Source of the DNA: Candidatus Saccharimonadaceae bacterium
Lineage (GTDB): Bacteria > Eisenbacteria > RBG-16-71-46
Reading direction: 5' to 3'
Length of the DNA: 64,000 bases
Assembly: GCA_035494735.1 (NCBI GenBank)
Contig: DATJGS010000042.1
Span: 35,177-99,176, forward strand
Part shown: positions 58,886-64,000 of the stretch, one piece after another
How positions within the stretch are numbered: position 1 is the stretch's first letter
How the letters are laid out: the number at the start of each line of letters is the position of its first letter
Position numbers and translations under genes: made by a program
The notes under the pieces: model-generated
What the model saw: the letters and a program-made list of their open reading frames with translations, nothing else
Databases searched by the model: none
Told to the model about the DNA's origin: nothing

Positions 58886-60626
58886 GCTCGCCGCCGCCTC
58901 CGCGCTCGCGGTGGCGGTCGCGCGCGTCCGCTCCGTCCACGCGGACTCGGGCGGAGCGCGCGACCGTGCGTCGACCGGCGCCCCGCGCGTCGGGGCGTCG
59001 CACGCCGCCGGCGATTCCGTCGCGCCCGAGAGTCGCGCCTCTCACGGCGACTCGACGGCCGTGGCCGGCGCCGCCGCCGACACCGTGCGGAGCTCACGAG
59101 CCGTCCCGTTCGAGGGCGCGCCGATCCGGCGCGTGGCCATCCAGCCGCGCCGCATCTTCGATCCCGTGCCGCCCGGGCGCCTCGCCGGCTTCTACCGCAC
59201 GGCGAACGCGCTGCACGTGCGTACGCGGCCGCGCACGATCCGCCAGTTGCTGCTGTTCGGGCCCGGCGATCCGTGGAGCGCGGACCGTGCCGCCGAGAAC
59301 ATGCGGCGGCTGCGCTCGCTGGATTTCCTCACGCCGGTCGCCATCACGCCGGCGTGGGCTGGCGACTCGGTCGACGTCGAGGTGGTGACGCGCGACACGT
59401 GGACGACGTCGCCCGAGTTCAACATCGAGAGTTCGAGCGGCGTGCACAAGGGCACGGTCGCGTTCACCGAGCGGAACTTCTTCGGGCTCGGCAAGTCGGT
59501 GTCGCTTGCATATCGCGACGAGCCCGCCGGAATCTCGCGCACGCTGTCGGTGGACGATCCGGCGGTCTTCGGGTCGCGTCTCGGCATCGGCGTCGAGGCC
59601 GGCACCGGCTCGGCCGGCGTGACGAACGGCCTCGTCGTCGGCGTGCCGTTCTATGCGGAAGACACGCCCTACAGCTACGGCGCGGCGTGGGGTCGGGCCA
59701 CGTCGGTGACGCGGCTGTATTCGGGAGGCGAGGAGGCCGCCGAGTTCGACGAGCGCGTGGAATCGACCGAGCTGATGTGGGGACGCGGCCGGCGCCAGGA
59801 GGGCACGATCGTCCGTGGCATCGGCTCGTTCCTCGTCAAGGACCGGCGCATGGGCCCGTCGCGGCTCGAGCCGGGCGCGCCGCCGGACTTCGACGGGGTC
59901 GAGGACAACCTCAAGCTGCGTCGCGTGGCCGGCGAGCTTCGCCTGTGGCGCCCGCATTTCGTCGAGAAGACCGGCGTCGAGCGCATGACCGGCATCGAGG
60001 ACTTCGACCTGGGACCGACCGCGGCCATCAAGCTCGGCGTCTCGCCGAGGTTCCTGGGCGGGACGGCCGACGAGGCGTACGGCCGCTTCGAAGTCGACGC
60101 CGGCGCGCAGACGCCGTTCGGCTTCGGCTGGGTCCGCTCGTCGGCCGAGAGCCGCTGGCGCTGGACGCCGCTCGAGATCGTGCGCCGTCTCGACGCGCGC
60201 TGGATCGTGCAGGGTCCGCTCAGCCACACGTTCGTGCTCGCGGCGCACGGCGTCCAGGGCGAGCGCGTGCCGCGCGACTTCCAGGTGGCGACCGGCGGCC
60301 TGAACGGCCTGCGCGCGTATCCGGTCCACGAGCTGTCCGGGCGCCGGCTGTGGCGCTTCAACGCCGAGGACCGCTGGATCCTCGGGCGCGAGTACTGGGA
60401 CCTGATCACGGTCGGCGCCGCCGCGTTCTACGACGGCGCGCGGGCCTGGGGACCGGGCGCCGGCGGCACCGACTGGCACCACGACGTGGGCGCCGGGCTG
60501 CGCTTCGCGCTGCCTCATTCCTCGCTGAACCAGGTCGTGCGCCTGGACGTCGCGCTTCCGATCGCCCCGACACGGGACGGGCGCCGCGAACCGGTCCTGT
60601 CGTTCGGTTCGAGCCAGGCGTTCTAG
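58854..60626 (+). CDS. Omp85 (BamA/TamA-like) paralogue with reduced POTRA region
   Basis: One POTRA-like segment (IRQLLLFGPGD..AAENMRRLRSLDF), ERNFFGLGK, loop motif GLRAYP, HDVGAGLR and a C-terminal SQAF. Start uncertain. Confidence 0.78.
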   Translation: MSGWARSALVRLAAASALAVAVARVRSVHADSGGARDRASTGAPRVGASHAAGDSVAPESRASHGDSTAVAGAAADTVRSSRAVPFEGAPIRRVAIQPRRIFDPVPPGRLAGFYRTANALHVRTRPRTIRQLLLFGPGDPWSADRAAENMRRLRSLDFLTPVAITPAWAGDSVDVEVVTRDTWTTSPEFNIESSSGVHKGTVAFTERNFFGLGKSVSLAYRDEPAGISRTLSVDDPAVFGSRLGIGVEAGTGSAGVTNGLVVGVPFYAEDTPYSYGAAWGRATSVTRLYSGGEEAAEFDERVESTELMWGRGRRQEGTIVRGIGSFLVKDRRMGPSRLEPGAPPDFDGVEDNLKLRRVAGELRLWRPHFVEKTGVERMTGIEDFDLGPTAAIKLGVSPRFLGGTADEAYGRFEVDAGAQTPFGFGWVRSSAESRWRWTPLEIVRRLDARWIVQGPLSHTFVLAAHGVQGERVPRDFQVATGGLNGLRAYPVHELSGRRLWRFNAEDRWILGREYWDLITVGAAAFYDGARAWGPGAGGTDWHHDVGAGLRFALPHSSLNQVVRLDVALPIAPTRDGRREPVLSFGSSQAF

Positions 60627-60630
60627 CGGC

Positions 60631-60660
60631 TTGACGCTGCCAAGGGCGCGCCCGTAGCGT
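60631..60660 (+). promoter_or_regulatory. sigma70-like promoter for the last operon
   Basis: TTGACG-N18-TAGCGT. Confidence 0.4.
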
Positions 60661-60683
60661 GCCCGCCAAAGGAGCCGCCCCGC

Positions 60684-61166
60684 ATGGAACTGCACGCCGT
60701 CGCGCTCGACATTCCCGCGGATTGCAACCTGGTCGCGGGCCAGGCGCACTTCATCAAGACCGCGGAAGACCTCGCGGAAATCGTCGTCACCACGGTGCCG
60801 ACGGCGGAGTTCGGCCTGGCCTTCTGCGAGGCGTCGGGGCCGTGCCTGATCCGCACCGAGGGGAACGCGCCCGACCTGGTGGCCGCCGCGGTCTCGAACG
60901 CCGAGCGCGTGGCGGCCGGGCACACGTTCTTCCTGCTGCTGCGTGGCGCGTACCCGATCAACATCCTGAACGCGGTCAAGCAGTGCCCGGAAGTGTGCCG
61001 CGTGTTCTGCGCGACGGCGAACCCGGTGCAGATGCTGGTCGCGGGCACGTCGCAGGGGCGCGGCGTCGTCGGCGTGGTCGATGGCAACTCGCCGCGCGGC
61101 CTCGAGGACGACGCCGCACGCGCGGCGCGGCGCGAATTCCTGCGCCGGATCGGCTACAAGCGGTGA
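60684..61166 (+). CDS. Adenosine-specific kinase-like protein (DUF355/PAE2307 family)
   Basis: N.V.GQAHFIKT.EDL.E, FG.AFCEASGPCLIR..GN, AGHTF, YPINILNAVK.CPEVC..FCATANP, GRGVVGVVDG and R..FLR.IGYK. Confidence 0.85.
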   Translation: MELHAVALDIPADCNLVAGQAHFIKTAEDLAEIVVTTVPTAEFGLAFCEASGPCLIRTEGNAPDLVAAAVSNAERVAAGHTFFLLLRGAYPINILNAVKQCPEVCRVFCATANPVQMLVAGTSQGRGVVGVVDGNSPRGLEDDAARAARREFLRRIGYKR

Positions 61167-62317
61167 GCGCCGGCGCGCGCGGCCCGGTCGTCGTCGTCGG
61201 CGCCGGCTGTATCGGCGCGGCCATCGCCTACCATCTCGCGAAGCGCGGGGTCCCGGACGTCGTCGTCGTCGAGCGCGAGCCGTTCGCGGGCGCCGGGTCC
61301 ACGAGCAAGGCGGCGGGAGGAATCCGCGCCCAGTTCTCGACGCCGATCAACGTGCAGATCTCCATGATGGCGATCGCCGACTACGAGCGATTCGCGGACG
61401 AGATGAAGACGGACCCGGTGTTCTTCCAGGTCGGCTACCTGTTCCTGATCGCGGACGACGCGATGTGGGCGCGCTTCCAGCAGCAGGTCGCGATGCAGCG
61501 CGCGTTGGGGCTCGCCGTCGAGACGCTGACGCCGGCCGAGGTACGCGAACGCATCCCGGAGCTCGAGATCGCGGACTTGAAGGGCGCGACGTTCGGACCG
61601 CGCGACGGCCTCGCGAACCCTCACGAGATCACGCAGGCGTTCGTGGCCGAGGCGCGGCGCCTGGGCGCGACGTTCCGTTTCGCGGAGCCGGCGCTCGGGC
61701 TCGAGATGAACGGCGCGCGCGTGACCGGCGTGCGCACGGCCGGCGGCACGATCGCCGCGCGCTGGGTCGTGAACGCGGCCGGCCCGTACGCCGCGGAGGT
61801 CGCGACGTGGGCCGGCGTCACGCTGCCCGTCGTGCCCGTGCGCCGGCACTGCTTCACGACCGAGCCGCTGCCGTTCGTGCGCGACACGCTGCCGATGATC
61901 GTCGATATGAAGTCCGGCGTCTATATGCACCGCGAGAGCGGCGGCCTGCTCCTCGGGCTCGCGAACCCCGAGGAGCCGCCGGGCTTCGACACGAGCGTGA
62001 ACTGGGACCTGCTCGAGCGCGTCGTCGAGCCGGCGATCCACCGCGTGCCGGCGCTCGAGAGCGCGGAGGTGTCGAACGCGTGGGCCGGCCTCTACGAGAC
62101 GACGCCCGATCACAACGCCGTGCTCGGGCCGCCGGCCGGCGTCGAGGGCCTGATGCTGGCGAACGGCTTCAGCGGCCACGGGCTCATGCACGCGCCCGCG
62201 GTCGGGCGCCTGATCGCCGAGTGGATCGTCGACGGCCGGCCGAGCCTGGACCTGCACCCGCTTCGGCTCGAACGCTTCGCGGAGCGCGCGACGCTGCTCG
62301 AAGCGAACGTCATCTGA
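61163..62317 (+). CDS. FAD-dependent oxidoreductase (sarcosine oxidase beta/DAO family)
   Basis: VVVVGAGCIG, STSKAAGGIR, VVNAAGPYA, WAGLYETTPDH and GFSGHGLMHAPAVG. Confidence 0.9.
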   Translation: MSAGARGPVVVVGAGCIGAAIAYHLAKRGVPDVVVVEREPFAGAGSTSKAAGGIRAQFSTPINVQISMMAIADYERFADEMKTDPVFFQVGYLFLIADDAMWARFQQQVAMQRALGLAVETLTPAEVRERIPELEIADLKGATFGPRDGLANPHEITQAFVAEARRLGATFRFAEPALGLEMNGARVTGVRTAGGTIAARWVVNAAGPYAAEVATWAGVTLPVVPVRRHCFTTEPLPFVRDTLPMIVDMKSGVYMHRESGGLLLGLANPEEPPGFDTSVNWDLLERVVEPAIHRVPALESAEVSNAWAGLYETTPDHNAVLGPPAGVEGLMLANGFSGHGLMHAPAVGRLIAEWIVDGRPSLDLHPLRLERFAERATLLEANVI

Positions 62318-62319
62318 TC

Positions 62320-62964
62320 ATGGGCTTCGTCCAGCGTGCGCTGCGCCTCGGTCCGCTCGAGAACAACTCGTACGTGATCGTGGACGAAGCGACGCGCGAG
62401 AGCGCGGTGGTGGACGTCGGCTTCGAGCCCGAGGCCGTCGTCGAAGCGCTGGCCGCCGAGCGGCTGTCCCCGCGCTGGCTGCTGGCCACGCACGGGCACT
62501 ACGACCACGTCGCCGGCATGCGCGAAGTGCAGGACGCGGTGGGCGGCGTGTTCCGGCTGCACCCCGCCGACCGCCCGCTGCTCGACATGCTCGCCGCTCA
62601 GGGCGCGGCGTTCGGCTTCCCGCCGGCGACGGCGCCCGAGGTCGTCGTCGACCTCGCGGATGACGAGCGGGTCCCGCTCGGCGCGGGCATGTTGCGCGTG
62701 CTGCACACGCCGGGCCATTCGCCGGGCCACGTGTGCTTCCACGCCGGGCCGGATCTGTGGGTCGGCGATCTCCTGTTCGCGGGCTCGGTCGGGCGCACCG
62801 ATCTGCCGGGCGGCTCGTTCGCCCAGCTCGAGCGCTCCGTGCACACGCGCGTCTTCCCGCTCGGCGACGACGTGCGCTGCTGGACCGGGCATGGCGCGCC
62901 GACGACGGTGGGCGAGGAGCGGCGGCACAATCCGTTCGTCGGCTCGAGCGCGGGGCGGCCGTGA
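62320..62964 (+). CDS. MBL-fold metallo-hydrolase (glyoxalase II-like)
   Basis: THGHYDH (HxHxDH), HTPGHSPGH, GDLLFAGSVGRTDLPGG and GHGAPTTVGEERRHNPF. Confidence 0.92.
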   Translation: MGFVQRALRLGPLENNSYVIVDEATRESAVVDVGFEPEAVVEALAAERLSPRWLLATHGHYDHVAGMREVQDAVGGVFRLHPADRPLLDMLAAQGAAFGFPPATAPEVVVDLADDERVPLGAGMLRVLHTPGHSPGHVCFHAGPDLWVGDLLFAGSVGRTDLPGGSFAQLERSVHTRVFPLGDDVRCWTGHGAPTTVGEERRHNPFVGSSAGRP

Positions 62965-64000
62965 GCGCGCTGCCCGGTGCGTGGCAGGCGCGGCTCGAGA
63001 TCGACAAGGACGCGTGGATCGCGCCGGGCGCCGTGGTGGTCGGCGCGGTGAAGGTGGGCGCGCGGGCCAGCGTGTGGTTCAACACGGTCGTGCGCGGCGA
63101 CACCGACCGGGTGGAGATCGGTGACGACAGCAACGTGCAGGACAATTCGACGGTGCACGTCGACGAAGGCCAGCCGGCCCTGATCGGCGCGCGCGTCACG
63201 GTCGGCCATCGCGCGATCGTGCACGGCTGCGTCATCGAGGACGAGTGCCTGATCGGCATGGGCTCGGTGATCCTGTCGGGCGCGCGCATCGGCAAAGGCT
63301 CGCTGATCGGCGCCGCGTCGCTCGTGCGCGAGGGGCAGGACGTGCCGCCCGGCTCGCTGGCGCTGGGATCGCCGGCGCGCGTCGTGGGTCCGGTCAGCGA
63401 CGCGCATCGCGACGCCATCCGCCGGGGCAGCGCGCACTACGTCGAGCTGTCGCGCAGTTATTGCGAGCGCGGCCTGGCGCGGCCCCACCCGTGGCGCGAC
63501 TCGTCCGCCGGCGTCACGTCGCTCGCGCATGGCCCCGTGACGTCGCTCGAGTGGGCGGCGCTGCTCGACACGCTCGCGGCGGGTCCGCCGTGGGCGGCGG
63601 CGCTGCTCGCGTCCACGCCGCCCGCCGCGTGGGAACGCGCGCCCGGCGACGGACGCTGGTCGGCGCGCGACGTGCTCGCGCACCTGCGCGACGTCGAAGT
63701 GCGCGTCGCGCTGCCGCGCGCGCGGCGCATCCTCCTCGACGGAGCGGCTGAGGTGCCCGACATCGACGTGCAGGCCGAGGTCGCGGCCGCGGGTGGCGCG
63801 CCGGGGTCTGCCGCCGAAGTCTTCGCCGAGTGGCGCGCGACGCGCGCGGCGCTGCTCGACCTGCTGCGGCCGTGCCTGCCGCGCGAGTGGCGGCGCCCGG
63901 TCACGCACTCGCGGCGCGGCCCGTTCTCGCTCGGCGAGATGGTGCGCGGCCTCGTCGAGCACGAGCTGGCGCATCGCCGGCAGCTCGAACGCGCGCTGGC
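62961..64000 (+). CDS. Gamma-carbonic-anhydrase-family protein fused to a DinB-like domain (3' end outside the window; absent from the ORF track)
   Basis: The frame from GTG 62961 has no stop. It reads WIAPGAVVVG..SVWFNTVVRGD..NVQDNSTVH..VTVGHRAIVHGC (three Zn His), then GRWSARDVLAHLRDVE..HELAHRRQL (DinB His pattern). Confidence 0.85.
   Translation, partial: MSALPGAWQARLEIDKDAWIAPGAVVVGAVKVGARASVWFNTVVRGDTDRVEIGDDSNVQDNSTVHVDEGQPALIGARVTVGHRAIVHGCVIEDECLIGMGSVILSGARIGKGSLIGAASLVREGQDVPPGSLALGSPARVVGPVSDAHRDAIRRGSAHYVELSRSYCERGLARPHPWRDSSAGVTSLAHGPVTSLEWAALLDTLAAGPPWAAALLASTPPAAWERAPGDGRWSARDVLAHLRDVEVRVALPRARRILLDGAAEVPDIDVQAEVAAAGGAPGSAAEVFAEWRATRAALLDLLRPCLPREWRRPVTHSRRGPFSLGEMVRGLVEHELAHRRQLERAL

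Overview
A very GC-rich chromosomal window from a diderm bacterium, made mostly of tightly coupled + strand operons. Gene content (PorV-like barrel, FlgD/T9SS-like C-terminal domains, GWxTD protein, BamD, Tol-Pal) suggests an FCB-associated lineage such as Ca. Eisenbacteria or relatives; this is inference. In order: a mannose-family PTS operon with a GH57 gene inserted between IIB and IIC (IIB-GH57-IIC-IID-HPr-EI-PGI/PMI), metK, a small insert (epimerase, ABM, vapBC), ahcY, aminotransferase, redoxin, GH1, a long divergent-type membrane pyrophosphatase, a secreted FG-GAP repeat protein, methyltransferase, acyl-CoA dehydrogenase, an ftsK-rimO-hyp-bamD-nadD-MTase-polA-coaE-prfB(+1 frameshift)-pgm-mpg run, a 10 kb outer-membrane locus, pfkA-gap-pgk-tpiA-secG-tRNA-Leu(GAG), TlpA, tolQ-R-A/tonB-tolB-pal-cpoB plus an Omp85 paralogue, and a final operon ending in a gamma-carbonic-anhydrase/DinB fusion that runs off the window. 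The best candidate for an under-described system is the outer-membrane locus at 37916-48039 (FadL-like barrel, TonB-dependent-receptor-like barrel, ~976 aa Cys-rich CTD-tagged secreted protein, PorV-like barrel, GWxTD protein). It looks like a self-contained T9SS-related export or surface-display cassette. No CRISPR array, rRNA, integrase or transposase was seen. All calls come from motif recognition by eye; no searches were run.
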